64,000 nt of DNA from Clostridia bacterium (GCA_045534225.1 JAZSJJ010000004.1:57750-121749), one strand, 5' to 3'. Counted from the first letter of the stretch, positions 9,410 through 19,635 are shown. Notes: generated by a model not told the origin, from the letters alone. A program made the numbers and translations.

Positions 9410-10426
9410 TTATTTTCTTCTAGTCTTAATTGATTTCTTTAGTACTTCTATGTTAGACAAAGCACTTCCAACTCCTCTTGCAACACATTCTAACGGATTG
9501 TTTGCAATGTATACTGGAATTCCTATTCTATCTGATATGTATCTATCTATATTTTTAATATATGCTCCTCCACCACAAACAGCAATACCTTTTTCCATAA
9601 TATCTGCTGCAAGTTCTGGCGGTGTTTTCTCTAATGTTATGTTTATAACCTTTATTATTTCTTCTAGTATTCTTTTCATTGCTGCTTCAATATCTGATGT
9701 TGTAACTGTAATTGTATCTGGAAGACCTGTTGAAAGGTTTCTTCCTTTTACTTGCATTCTTTCTTCTGTCATTGAAGAGAAAGCAGCGCCTATTGTATTC
9801 TTAATTTCCTCTGCTATATTATCTCCAATAAGCACATCGAATTTGTTTTTAACATATTCAATTATGTCTTTATCTAAATCATCTCCAGCAATACGAATAG
9901 CGTTAGAAATTACTATTCCGCCAAGAGAGATAACTGCTACTTCTGTAATACCACCACCGATGTCTATTATCATAGCACCTTCTGGGCTGTCTACTTTAAT
10001 ACCGGCACCTATTGCTGCTGCCATAGCTTCTTCCATTACGTATACTTCTTTTGCTCCAGAAAGATATGCAGTTTCTTCTACAGCTCTTTCTTCAACATCT
10101 GTAACTCCAGATGGAACGCAAATTACTACACGTGGTTTAGATAATACGCTTTTGTTGGTGCATTTTTTAATGAACTCTTCTAGCATCATTCTAGTCCCAT
10201 AGAAGTTTGCAATAACTCCACCTTTTAATGGTTTAACTGCAAGAATATTATCTGGTGTTCTACCTAGCATTTCTTTAGCAACATTACCAACCGCCAAAAC
10301 ATCACCCGTTACATCATTGATAGCAACAACTGTTGGCTCTTTAAGTACAATGCCTTCGCCCTTAACATATATTTGTGTTGTTGATGTTCCTAAATCTATA
10401 CCTATATCTTTTGCCATCAGTTTCAT
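9410..10426 (-). CDS. mreB: Rod shape-determining protein MreB
   Basis: DIGIDLGT, IDIGGGITE, LEKTPPELAADI, CGGGA actin-like motifs. Confidence 0.96.
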   Translation of the reverse strand: MKLMAKDIGIDLGTSTTQIYVKGEGIVLKEPTVVAINDVTGDVLAVGNVAKEMLGRTPDNILAVKPLKGGVIANFYGTRMMLEEFIKKCTNKSVLSKPRVVICVPSGVTDVEERAVEETAYLSGAKEVYVMEEAMAAAIGAGIKVDSPEGAMIIDIGGGITEVAVISLGGIVISNAIRIAGDDLDKDIIEYVKNKFDVLIGDNIAEEIKNTIGAAFSSMTEERMQVKGRNLSTGLPDTITVTTSDIEAAMKRILEEIIKVINITLEKTPPELAADIMEKGIAVCGGGAYIKNIDRYISDRIGIPVYIANNPLECVARGVGSALSNIEVLKKSIKTRRK

Positions 10427-11145
10427 AATATTCTACCTCCCATAAATAGCGAATTGTTTGTTTCTTTTATACTTGTATATCCATTAGCCCCAATTATTAC
10501 ATGATCTAGAACTGTTATATCAAAAATAGCTGCATAGTCTATAATCTTCTTTGTAAGCAATACATCTTGCCTACTTGGAGTCGTATCTCCACTTGGATGA
10601 TTATGTACCAGCACTATAGAACTGGCCAATTGTTTTATTGGTTCACTCAAAATTTCTTTCGGAGAAACCATTGATTTATTTGTCATACCAATACATACTG
10701 TTATAACTGACTTAACATGTGATTTTGCATCTAACAATATGACCTTAACGTGTTCTACTTTAGTTTCTCTAAGTTCTGAGGATAACATATCATATACTTG
10801 TTTAGGACTTGTTATCTTTATTTTTGTTTCATTTAATTTATTACTATTTATTCTTTTAGCAAGTTCAAGCAATGCTTTAATTTGTATAGCCTTTACTCTG
10901 CCAATACCCGGTGCTGTCATAAGTTCTTCAAGCGAGGCTTCCTCTAAATACTTAAACCCAGCATGTCCATTTGTATGGTTAGCAAGAAGTAATCTTGCCA
11001 CATCTACTGAATTTAGTTCTTTAGAACCCGACTTAATTATTATTGCTAAAAGTTCTGCGTCTGTAAGTATTAATCCACCATGCTTTTCAAATTTTTCATA
11101 TGGCCTATCCTCTAGTGGTATATTTTTAATACTCAACTTGTCCAA
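10423..11145 (-). CDS. radC: RadC (JAB domain) family protein
   Basis: RPYEK, LTDAELLAI, HhH GIGRVKA, HNHPSGDTTPSRQD, LDHVII. Confidence 0.93.
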   Translation of the reverse strand: MDKLSIKNIPLEDRPYEKFEKHGGLILTDAELLAIIIKSGSKELNSVDVARLLLANHTNGHAGFKYLEEASLEELMTAPGIGRVKAIQIKALLELAKRINSNKLNETKIKITSPKQVYDMLSSELRETKVEHVKVILLDAKSHVKSVITVCIGMTNKSMVSPKEILSEPIKQLASSIVLVHNHPSGDTTPSRQDVLLTKKIIDYAAIFDITVLDHVIIGANGYTSIKETNNSLFMGGRIL

Positions 11146-11148
11146 CTA

Positions 11149-11391
11149 TTACACTTTCTTTACTATAATTAGCGCTATAACTAACCCAATTATTGATGCA
11201 ATATTTAAGTCCATCATAAAACCAAAAGTAACTTTAATAATGCTTAAATCTAATGTTAATGGGTTTGTCAATCCAAGCTCTTTACCATAAGCAAGAAAGC
11301 TTAAAGCAGGTACGCTTGCCGCTAATGTTCCCAAATATCCCCCTATAATTATCCCTGAAAAAACTATTAATGTTTTAATAAGATTTCTCAT
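11149..11391 (-). CDS. DUF4321 family membrane protein
   Basis: GIIIGGYLG...PLTLDLSIIKVTFG...LNIASIIG; ATG at 11391 has GGAGGA RBS; usual position upstream of radC. Confidence 0.75.
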   Translation of the reverse strand: MRNLIKTLIVFSGIIIGGYLGTLAASVPALSFLAYGKELGLTNPLTLDLSIIKVTFGFMMDLNIASIIGLVIALIIVKKV

Positions 11392-11561
11392 TGTTTCCTC
11401 CTTTGTTTTGCACGTCTTCATTATATAACGAAAAGCTAAATATTTCAACTATATTACAAAAATATGTCATTAAATTTTAGGAGTATATTTCCTAAAAAAA
11501 TTACAATTGCTTTTAAATAAAAAATATAGTAAAATATTGTCTAGAAAAAGGGGTAATAATT

Positions 11562-12086
11562 ATGGGTAAAAGAAAAATAGATTTAGAAAAAGAGCAAGAA
11601 AAATTAAAGATATTAGAGGCAAAAGCAGAAAAGAAAGCAAAAAGCTTTTTAACCGAATTCAAGCAATTTGCAACAAAAGGTAATGTAATAGACATGGCTA
11701 TTGGTGTTATTATAGGTACTGCATTTACTAAAATAGTAAACTCTCTAGTTAATGATGTTATAACTCCGTCATTGTCTGTTCTTACAGGCAAAATAGACTT
11801 TTCTAGTTTATTTGTATCTTTAGATGGCGTAACTTATGAAACTGTGGAAGCCGCTAAAGAAGCTGGTGCAACAGTAATAAATTATGGCCAATTCTTAACA
11901 AACATAGTAGACTTCTTAATGGTTGCTTTGTGCTTATTTATCTTCTTTAAAGTATTCTTTAAGGCGAGACGTAAAAAAGAAGAAGCTCCAAAACCAGTTA
12001 CTACTAAAAAATGTCCATACTGCTTAAGTGAAATACCATTAGAAGCAACACGTTGTGCTCATTGTACATCTGAATTAAAAGATTAG
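11562..12086 (+). CDS. mscL: Large-conductance mechanosensitive channel with C-terminal Zn-ribbon
   Basis: EFKQFATKGNVIDMAIGVIIGTAF, YGQFL; C-terminal CPYC...CAHC. Confidence 0.93.
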   Translation: MGKRKIDLEKEQEKLKILEAKAEKKAKSFLTEFKQFATKGNVIDMAIGVIIGTAFTKIVNSLVNDVITPSLSVLTGKIDFSSLFVSLDGVTYETVEAAKEAGATVINYGQFLTNIVDFLMVALCLFIFFKVFFKARRKKEEAPKPVTTKKCPYCLSEIPLEATRCAHCTSELKD

Positions 12087-12090
12087 AAAC

Positions 12091-12118
12091 AAAAAGAGCG
12101 AATAAAATTCGCTCTTTT
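12091..12118. terminator. Bidirectional terminator
   Basis: AAAAGAGCGAAT/ATTCGCTCTTTT. Confidence 0.8.
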
Positions 12119-12125
12119 ATTTATA

Positions 12126-13310
12126 TTATTTATCCATATACATAACTAATTTGTTGTCTGTTATGTGGCAATCCTTTTGGTCCCCTGCTAAAGTTTTTAA
12201 GAATGTTGTTGTGCTTTTTGCGTTATAGTCTTCCATAAGAATTGTTTGTTTTTTTGCATTTATATATGTTGGTATAATCTCTATTTTCTTTAAGCTACCT
12301 TGTTCATTAAATGTTAAATTGAATATTCCACCCTTTTTACCGTTTTCATAGCTTGTATCATGCATTAAGTATCCTAAGCTATATATAATTGGCTTATCTT
12401 TGTACATTTCTATTGGATACACTCCTAAAGAATGTGATCCAAGAACTACATCCGCCCCGGCTTTTATTATTGCTTTGTATGTATTTTTCATCCCATTAGT
12501 TATAGTATGGGAATTTTCATTTCCTAAATGAGCCATAACAATAACAGCAGATGCACTTTCTTTTGCTGTTTCTATTAACGCTTTAACTTTATTTAAGTTG
12601 TATACCATTATTCCGGCTGATGTATATGTTGATTCACTTCCTATTGTTTCATTACACACACCTATTATTGCAACCTTAATTCCATCTTTTTCTACATAAA
12701 TTATTGAATTATTCAACCCTATTAAATCATAATCTTCTTCTAAGAATTTTTTTGTATCATTAAACATTGATTTCCCAAAATCTAATATATGATCTGTTGC
12801 TATATTTAGTCCGTCTATTCCTAGAGCGTTAAACGCATTATCTATATCTGTTGTTACTATATATTTGGAATTAGTTTCTCCTAGTTCTTGTAAATCCACT
12901 ATATTTGTGGCCAAATGAGCCATTGTATAATCTGAATCTTTAGTGTATTCTGAAATATGTCTAAAAGCACTCATATAGTTATATTCTACATTTGAGCCAA
13001 CTTTTCCACCCATCATTATCTCTCCAAGTGCTGTTATTTTTAATTCTTTAACAGGTTCATGACCTTCCTCTTCTTCATCAAAAACGTCTACACTTGCATC
13101 AGATTCTATTATTTCTCCGCCCGAAATATACTCATTCTTTGCTTTATTTACCTCAATAGCATTAGATATTGTTATAATACCAACTACTGTGCCTACTAAT
13201 ACAACTAATACTAGCGATGCTAATAATACTAGCTTCATGTTTATATTACTTCTGCCTGCACCTTTTCTTCTTCTAGTGATTGCACGCCCACGTCTTGTAC
13301 TGTTCCACAT
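12126..13310 (-). CDS. CapA/PgsA (poly-gamma-glutamate synthesis) family protein with degenerate metal motifs
   Basis: N-terminal TM; motif order ALGEIM, ATDHILDFG, AHLGNE, AGADVVLGSH, PIIYSLG matches the CapA metallophosphatase layout; alternative start at 13238. Confidence 0.75.
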   Translation of the reverse strand: MWNSTRRGRAITRRRKGAGRSNINMKLVLLASLVLVVLVGTVVGIITISNAIEVNKAKNEYISGGEIIESDASVDVFDEEEEGHEPVKELKITALGEIMMGGKVGSNVEYNYMSAFRHISEYTKDSDYTMAHLATNIVDLQELGETNSKYIVTTDIDNAFNALGIDGLNIATDHILDFGKSMFNDTKKFLEEDYDLIGLNNSIIYVEKDGIKVAIIGVCNETIGSESTYTSAGIMVYNLNKVKALIETAKESASAVIVMAHLGNENSHTITNGMKNTYKAIIKAGADVVLGSHSLGVYPIEMYKDKPIIYSLGYLMHDTSYENGKKGGIFNLTFNEQGSLKKIEIIPTYINAKKQTILMEDYNAKSTTTFLKTLAGDQKDCHITDNKLVMYMDK

Positions 13311-14527
13311 AACCTCTTATCTCCTTTCGCACTTACCTTTATATAATTTTCCGTATACCCTAAAAGTACTCCATCAGTATAATTCTCAAAAAGCACTTTG
13401 ACTTTTTTACCCAAATACATATTTAAGAATTCTTGATTTAATTTTTTGCTTAAAGCAAGTATTATATTACTTCTTTCTTTCTTAACTACACCATCTATTT
13501 GATTATCCATTTTGGCAGCTCTTGTATAGTTACGTTTAGAATACTTAAATACATGTATTTCTGTAAGTCCCATTTTATTTATTGTATCTATTGTATCTTC
13601 AAATTCTTCATTTGTTTCTCCAGGGAATCCAACAATTACATCTGCGGCAAGATAAGGATTGTTAAAATACTTCTTTAGATTACCACAAACTTCTATTAGA
13701 AGTTCCTTGCCATATTTTCTATTCATACGCTTAAGCACTTCTGTGTTTCCGCTTTGCATAGATATATGGAAATGCGGACATAATTTCTTATATCTTGCTA
13801 ATCTTTTTATATTTTCTTCAGTTAAAAATCTAGGCATCATAGAACTTAATCTTATTCTCTCAATTCCTTCTATCTCTTCTAGTTTATCTATTACATCAAA
13901 TAGATCTAGATTTTCTAAATCTTGTCCATAAGAAGCAACTTCTATACCTACTAGTATTATTTCTTTAACTCCATTACTAACCAAAGATTTAGCCTCTTTA
14001 ACAATACTGTCTAATTCTCTGCTTCTAACTCTACCCCTTACGTATGGTATTATACAATACGAACAGAAGTTATTGCAACCATCTTCTATCTTAATTTCTT
14101 CACGAATTTCATAGCCATTTTTCATAGTTCCAATATCTTGATACTTTTTAACTGCATTAACATCTGTAAGAAGTGTTTTTTTATTCTTTGTTTTTATGCA
14201 TTCTTCTACTATTTCTAATAGATTAGATTTATCTTCATTGCCTAGAATAATGTCTGCTTCAAATTCTTCTAAATGTTCTTTCTTACCTTCAACACTACAG
14301 CCCAAAACTGCAATAATTGCATCTTTATTTTGTTTCTTTGCTTTAGATAACATTTGTCTTGTTTTTCTATCGCTCATATTAGTAACAGAACAAGAATTTA
14401 CGACATATACATCTGCTAATTCTTCAAAATCTACAACAGTATGACCTGCCGCTTCAAATTTTTCTTTTAACAAATCTGTTTCGTAATGATTTACTTTACA
14501 GCCTAGTGTTAAAAATGCTACTTTCAT
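13241..14527 (-). CDS. mtaB: tRNA t6A37 methylthiotransferase MtaB
   Basis: TLGCKVNHYE, NSCSVT, CNNFCSYC radical-SAM motif, CPHFHISMQSG, IVGFPGET, HVFKYS. Confidence 0.92.
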   Translation of the reverse strand: MKVAFLTLGCKVNHYETDLLKEKFEAAGHTVVDFEELADVYVVNSCSVTNMSDRKTRQMLSKAKKQNKDAIIAVLGCSVEGKKEHLEEFEADIILGNEDKSNLLEIVEECIKTKNKKTLLTDVNAVKKYQDIGTMKNGYEIREEIKIEDGCNNFCSYCIIPYVRGRVRSRELDSIVKEAKSLVSNGVKEIILVGIEVASYGQDLENLDLFDVIDKLEEIEGIERIRLSSMMPRFLTEENIKRLARYKKLCPHFHISMQSGNTEVLKRMNRKYGKELLIEVCGNLKKYFNNPYLAADVIVGFPGETNEEFEDTIDTINKMGLTEIHVFKYSKRNYTRAAKMDNQIDGVVKKERSNIILALSKKLNQEFLNMYLGKKVKVLFENYTDGVLLGYTENYIKVSAKGDKRLCGTVQDVGVQSLEEEKVQAEVI

Positions 14528-15663
14528 TATTTACCCTCATTATATATTTTTATTACTTCATCTACGATAGTTTTAGTTGAGTTTGGTTTACCTATAACCT
14601 TACACATATCTATCATTTGCTTAACTCTTTGTTCACTGTACATAGCTATATCTAAAACATGTTCTATTGGTTCATGTTTATATGTTCTTATAGCGGTACC
14701 GTTGTTTATGAAATAGTTTGCATTTTGTTCTTCTTGTCCAGGTATTGGATTAATTATTACCATAGGTTTACACATAGCTAAACATTCTGTTGATGTTAAT
14801 CCACCTGGTTTGGTTATTACAAAATCACTTATAGCCATTAATTCAGGAACTTTATTTGTATAACCTAAAACAGTTATATTTTTGCCTGAAGTTGATGCTA
14901 TATTTTCAAATCTCATTTTTTGTTTTTCATTTCTACCTGTTACAGCGATTAGTTGGAAATCATAGTTAGTTTTAAGTAAGTCTTCAAATATCTTTTCAGA
15001 TTTACCAAGGCCCAAACCGCCACCTGCAAAGAATAACAATGTTTTCTTATTAGAATCAAGATTAAATTCTTTTCTTAATTCTTCTTTATCGTATTCTAAG
15101 CTAAATCTTTCAGAAACAGGAATACCTGTAACCATTATTTTAGATTCCGGTATGCCATATTTTCTAATACAGTCTTGCTTCATTTCAGAAGTTGCAACCA
15201 TAAGTCTATCTATATACTCATGTTCTTCAACCCACATATTGTGAATACCATAGTCTGTCATAATACTTACAATATTAGCTCTAACTTTACCTTTTCTTTT
15301 TAAGTATGCACACATATGCGATACAAATGGGTGTGTTGAAATTATTATATCTGGATTAGTTTGTCTTATCATCTTCTTTAGACGAATTGTAAGAGCTTTG
15401 TTTACCATTTTATTAACTTCACCAATTGTATTAAACTCAGCTTTATCTGAACGTTTATACATTGTTCCCCATAATTTTGGCGCACGTCTAGTTACAGACG
15501 CATATCCTTTAACTATTAATTTGTTTGTTAATGCTGAAGAATACTCAAGTCCATCTTCATAAACTACTTGTACATCATCTAATTTTTCTAGAACCTCTTT
15601 AACAGATTCTGCAGCTTTCAAATGTCCATTTCCTACTTTAGCATATAACAATAATACTTTCAT
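14527..15663 (-). CDS. Diacylglycerol glycosyltransferase (MGDG synthase/UgtP family, GT28)
   Basis: GNGHLKAA, ISTHPF, TDYGIHNMW, TGIPV, TKPGGLTSTE, PIPGQEEQNA. Confidence 0.88.
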   Translation of the reverse strand: MKVLLLYAKVGNGHLKAAESVKEVLEKLDDVQVVYEDGLEYSSALTNKLIVKGYASVTRRAPKLWGTMYKRSDKAEFNTIGEVNKMVNKALTIRLKKMIRQTNPDIIISTHPFVSHMCAYLKRKGKVRANIVSIMTDYGIHNMWVEEHEYIDRLMVATSEMKQDCIRKYGIPESKIMVTGIPVSERFSLEYDKEELRKEFNLDSNKKTLLFFAGGGLGLGKSEKIFEDLLKTNYDFQLIAVTGRNEKQKMRFENIASTSGKNITVLGYTNKVPELMAISDFVITKPGGLTSTECLAMCKPMVIINPIPGQEEQNANYFINNGTAIRTYKHEPIEHVLDIAMYSEQRVKQMIDMCKVIGKPNSTKTIVDEVIKIYNEGK

Positions 15664-15678
15664 ATTTTCATTCCTCCG

Positions 15679-15753
15679 TGGCTGGGGTAGTAGGATTCGA
15701 ACCCACGCATGGCGGAGTCAGAGACCGCAGCCTTACCACTTGGCGATACCCCA
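15679..15753 (-). tRNA. tRNA-Gln (CTG)
   Basis: Reverse complement TGGGGTATCGCCAAGTGGTAAGGCTGCGGTCTCTGACTCCGCCATGCGTGGGTTCGAATCCTACTACCCCAGCCA; U1-A72 pair, CTG anticodon, CCA end. Confidence 0.93.
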
Positions 15754-15849
15754 ATACATGTGTATTATATCACTTTATGTGTGTATTTGCAAGAATTATA
15801 CTATTGCATCCCGCACCCTTATCTGATATACTCTAGCCAGGTGATAAAA

Positions 15850-16278
15850 ATGGATAAAACAGGAAAGTTTTTCAAAAATTTATTTATAGTATTAGCTATT
15901 GTTATACTTGTATATGGACCTGCTCCATTTGTTATAGCTTATGATTCATTAATTGAGCCTATGTATTATAAACATACTAGCAAAAATTCTACTGTGTCAG
16001 TTATATTAGATTACTTTATTGATGATGTAGAAAATATTGATGTACAAACTTACGCACGTAATTTAGCAAGTAAAAATAATACTAATATTCATACATTATC
16101 TAAAGTAATAACTACACTTTTTGCATACTATTTAATAATTGTTACTGTAATATTAATAGGTCTTGGTATTTATTTGCGCAAGAAGAATGATAAAGAAGCT
16201 TCCAACAATTGCTTTATATCTTCAGCAATATTAGTTATTGGAACAATAGCTTATTTTATAATTATTAACTTAAATTAA
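15850..16278 (+). CDS. Hypothetical membrane protein (3 TM)
   Basis: ATG at 15850 with AGGTG RBS; the ORF-track extension to 15709 overlaps the tRNA and is rejected. Confidence 0.7.
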   Translation: MDKTGKFFKNLFIVLAIVILVYGPAPFVIAYDSLIEPMYYKHTSKNSTVSVILDYFIDDVENIDVQTYARNLASKNNTNIHTLSKVITTLFAYYLIIVTVILIGLGIYLRKKNDKEASNNCFISSAILVIGTIAYFIIINLN

Positions 16279-16292
16279 CTTAATTTAAATAT

Positions 16293-16327
16293 AAAAACAT
16301 CTAAATACTTTTGTATTTAGATGTTTT
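16293..16327. terminator. Bidirectional terminator
   Basis: AAAACATCTAAATAC/GTATTTAGATGTTTT. Confidence 0.8.
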
Positions 16328-16354
16328 CTTTAACTATTTTCTTTATATATTTAA

Positions 16355-18391
16355 CTATATTTCATATCTATTCTTAAACTCTATATAGTCTATTACTTCT
16401 ACACCAAGTTCATTTGCTTTATCCAGTTTAGAACCAGCATTTTCTCCTGCTATTACTAAACTTGTTTTCTTAGAAACAGAACCAGATACCTTACCAGAAT
16501 GCGATTCAATTAATTTAGATAAATCGTTTCTAGATATTTCATCAAAAGAACCAGTTACAACAATAGTCATACCCTCTAGTTTATTTGATGCTTTTTCTTC
16601 TTTAATACCTTTTAGATTTACTCCTGCTTTATCTAGCCTTTCTATAATTTCCATAGTCTTTGTTTTAGAAAAGAATTCTACAACACTATCTGCCATCTTC
16701 TCTCCAACTTCATCTATTTTATATAAATCTTCTGATGTCATATGAGTAAAGTCATAAATAGTATCTACATGTTCTGCAAGTACTTTTGCAGCTTTCTTAC
16801 CTATATGACGAATTCCAAGACCAAAGATTAGTTTATCTAATGTGTTCTTTTTACTTTCGTTTATTGCATCTATTAAATTCTTAGAAGATTTTTCTTTGAA
16901 TTTATCTAGTCCTTTAACTTGTTCATATGTTAGATAGTATATATCTGCAACATCAGATACAAGTCCATTGTCTATTAATTGCTCTACTATTGCTTCACCA
17001 AGACCATCTATATCCATAGCTTCTCTTGATGCAAAGTGTTCTATAGCTCTAAATGATTGAGCTCCACATTCGCTATTAGTACATCTTAAAGCAACTTGGC
17101 CTTCTTCTTTTTCAAGTATTTCACCACAAACAGGACATACAGTTGGAACAATATATTCTTGTTGTTTATCTCTTTTAGACATAACTACAGTTGCAATTTC
17201 TGGGATTACATCCCCAGCTTTTCTAATTTTTACTGTATCTCCTACACGTATATCCTTTTCTTTGATGTAATCAAAATTGTGTAATGTACATTTAGAAATT
17301 GTTGAACCTGCAACTCTTACTGGTGTTACTATTGCAAGCGGAGTTACTTGTCCAGTACGTCCCACTTGAAGTTTTATTTCTTCAATAACTGTTTCTTTTT
17401 CTTCTGGTGGATATTTGTATGCAACAGCCCACTTAGGTACTTTAGTTGTTGTTCCTAGTGTTTCTCTTAAAGAAAGGTTATTTACCTTAACAACTGCTCC
17501 ATCTATATCGTATGGAAGAGAATCTCTAAGATTACCTATTTCAGTTATACATTCTAACACTTCTTCTATACCAACGGCCACTTTAGAATATGCTATTGTT
17601 GTTATACCAATTTTTCTTGCATAATCTAAAGACTCACTATGTGTTTCAAACTTCTTTTCAGATTTTTGTACATTAAATACAAATATACTTAACCCTCTTT
17701 GTTTTACAACGTTGCTATCTAATTGTCTTAAAGTTCCTGCTGCTGCATTTCTAGAGTTAGCCATTAAAGGCTTGCCTTGCTTCTCTAGCTCATCATTTAA
17801 CTCGTCAAATCTTGCACGAGATAGATATACCTCTCCTCTAACTTCTATAGTATCGTTTGTATTTAGTTTTTCGTTTATTTCATCTAATTGAAGAAGGTTA
17901 TTTGTAATTTCTTCTCCTACTAATCCATTTCCACGAGTAGAGCCTTTTTTAAGGACACCGTCTACATATTCTAAAGATACAGAAAGTCCGTCTATTTTTG
18001 TTTCTACAACGAATTCTGTATTATCTCCATATTCTTCAGTTACTTTTCTTACGAATTCTTCAACTTCAGCATATGAAAAGACATCATTCAAACTTTGCAT
18101 TGGAACAGCGTGTGTTGCTTCGCTAAATCCTGCTTTGTTAGCTCCACCAACTCTCTGCGTGGGTGATGACTTAGTAATAAGCATTGGAAACTTTGTCTCC
18201 AATGCTTTTAACCTTTTCATTAACATATCGAATTCGTAATCTGATATCTCTGGTTCGTCCTTAGTGTAATAAAGCTCGGAATGGTAATTAATTTCTTTTC
18301 TTAACTTTGAAATTTCTTTCTTAGCCTCTTTTAATTCATTATCATCTACTTCTACTACTGGTTCACCAAAAAGATTAAACAAATCACTCAT
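16355..18391 (-). CDS. ligA: NAD-dependent DNA ligase
   Basis: ETKIDG adenylation motif, TRGNG, EVRGE, RNAAAG, DGAVVK, C4 zinc finger, BRCT domain. Confidence 0.97.
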   Translation of the reverse strand: MSDLFNLFGEPVVEVDDNELKEAKKEISKLRKEINYHSELYYTKDEPEISDYEFDMLMKRLKALETKFPMLITKSSPTQRVGGANKAGFSEATHAVPMQSLNDVFSYAEVEEFVRKVTEEYGDNTEFVVETKIDGLSVSLEYVDGVLKKGSTRGNGLVGEEITNNLLQLDEINEKLNTNDTIEVRGEVYLSRARFDELNDELEKQGKPLMANSRNAAAGTLRQLDSNVVKQRGLSIFVFNVQKSEKKFETHSESLDYARKIGITTIAYSKVAVGIEEVLECITEIGNLRDSLPYDIDGAVVKVNNLSLRETLGTTTKVPKWAVAYKYPPEEKETVIEEIKLQVGRTGQVTPLAIVTPVRVAGSTISKCTLHNFDYIKEKDIRVGDTVKIRKAGDVIPEIATVVMSKRDKQQEYIVPTVCPVCGEILEKEEGQVALRCTNSECGAQSFRAIEHFASREAMDIDGLGEAIVEQLIDNGLVSDVADIYYLTYEQVKGLDKFKEKSSKNLIDAINESKKNTLDKLIFGLGIRHIGKKAAKVLAEHVDTIYDFTHMTSEDLYKIDEVGEKMADSVVEFFSKTKTMEIIERLDKAGVNLKGIKEEKASNKLEGMTIVVTGSFDEISRNDLSKLIESHSGKVSGSVSKKTSLVIAGENAGSKLDKANELGVEVIDYIEFKNRYEI

Positions 18392-18420
18392 ATTTTACCT
18401 CTTATAACAACCTATAAATA

Positions 18421-19155
18421 TTATTGTCTAATATCTATATATTTTCCACATTTTCTTACATAGTCTATTGTAGACCAAACTGTAAATATTACTGCACCAA
18501 CTAATGAAATACTAAATCCTACATTAAGTAGTAATTCTCCAAATCCCATTAATCTACCTTGTGTAGACATAAACTTAAACAATCCATTTGTATCTAATAA
18601 TCCTAATGTTATTGTAATCATTTGGAATGCAGTTTTTATTTTTCCATAAACACCTGCAGAAATTGTAACACCAGCTTCTGTACCAAACATTCTTATTGTA
18701 TTTAATAAGAAGTCTCTACATACTACTAAAACTGTTACCCATGCTGGTACAACTCCTAAACCTGTTAACATTATAAATCCTGATGCAACTAATATCTTAT
18801 CTGCTAAAGGATCCATAAGTTTTCCAAATCTAGTTACTATATTTTTCTTTCTAGCTATCTTTCCATCAACCCAGTCAGTTAATGATGCAAGAACAAATAC
18901 TCCTAAAGCTATATATCTTAGTCCTACCCATAAATCTTCTAATACTAATAATACTACGAATACTGGTACTAGACATATTCTTACTACTGTAAGTAGGTTT
19001 GGTAGATTTATTTTTTCTTTTTTAACTTTTTCTTTTTTCTCTTTTTTGGCTTTCTTTTCTACCTTCACATCTTCTTTAACTTCAGCTTCTTTTACTTCCG
19101 CTACTTCGTTTACTTCTACCTTTAATTCATTTTCTTTTTTTGCTGATTTTTTCAT
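18421..19155 (-). CDS. pgsA: CDP-diacylglycerol--glycerol-3-phosphate phosphatidyltransferase with a charged N-terminal extension
   Basis: NLPNLLT, TDWVDGKIARK...FGKLMDPLADK, GKIKT. Confidence 0.93.
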   Translation of the reverse strand: MKKSAKKENELKVEVNEVAEVKEAEVKEDVKVEKKAKKEKKEKVKKEKINLPNLLTVVRICLVPVFVVLLVLEDLWVGLRYIALGVFVLASLTDWVDGKIARKKNIVTRFGKLMDPLADKILVASGFIMLTGLGVVPAWVTVLVVCRDFLLNTIRMFGTEAGVTISAGVYGKIKTAFQMITITLGLLDTNGLFKFMSTQGRLMGFGELLLNVGFSISLVGAVIFTVWSTIDYVRKCGKYIDIRQ

Positions 19156-19291
19156 TTTTAATCTCCCTCTCTAATGCAAATATTATATTACAATACACTA
19201 TACTTTTCAAGTAGTTAAGTATGTTAAATTAAGGTCTAGTAATTTATTTTAATATGTTATATAATCTAAAACAAAAAAGAGGTAAATAAAA

Positions 19292-19600
19292 ATGGAATAC
19301 GTATATTTTGGAATATATTTTTTAATAATAAACATCATAGGTTTTGTAATGATGTATAGTGACAAACAAAAAGCTAAGAAGGATCAATATAGGACACGAG
19401 AAAAATCTTTCTTTGTAGTCTCTTTACTATTAGGTGGAATTGGTACATATATTGGAATGTATAAGTTTAGACATAAAACACGCCACAATCTCTTTACCAT
19501 AGGAATTCCTGTTATGATAGTAATAAACATTGTAAGCATATATTTTATACTAACAGAAGGATACCTTTTCTATATAGCAGATATAATTAAAACAATGTAA
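19292..19600 (+). CDS. DUF1294 family membrane protein
   Basis: DKQKAKKDQYRTREK, GGIGTYIGMYKFRHKT. Confidence 0.85.
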   Translation: MEYVYFGIYFLIINIIGFVMMYSDKQKAKKDQYRTREKSFFVVSLLLGGIGTYIGMYKFRHKTRHNLFTIGIPVMIVINIVSIYFILTEGYLFYIADIIKTM

Positions 19601-19635
19601 TAATAAAATCACTTGTTATACATAATATATAACAG

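Noticed and set aside
15709-15849. N-terminal extension of the 15709..16278 ORF
   Set aside because: Overlaps tRNA-Gln; ATG at 15850 has a better RBS
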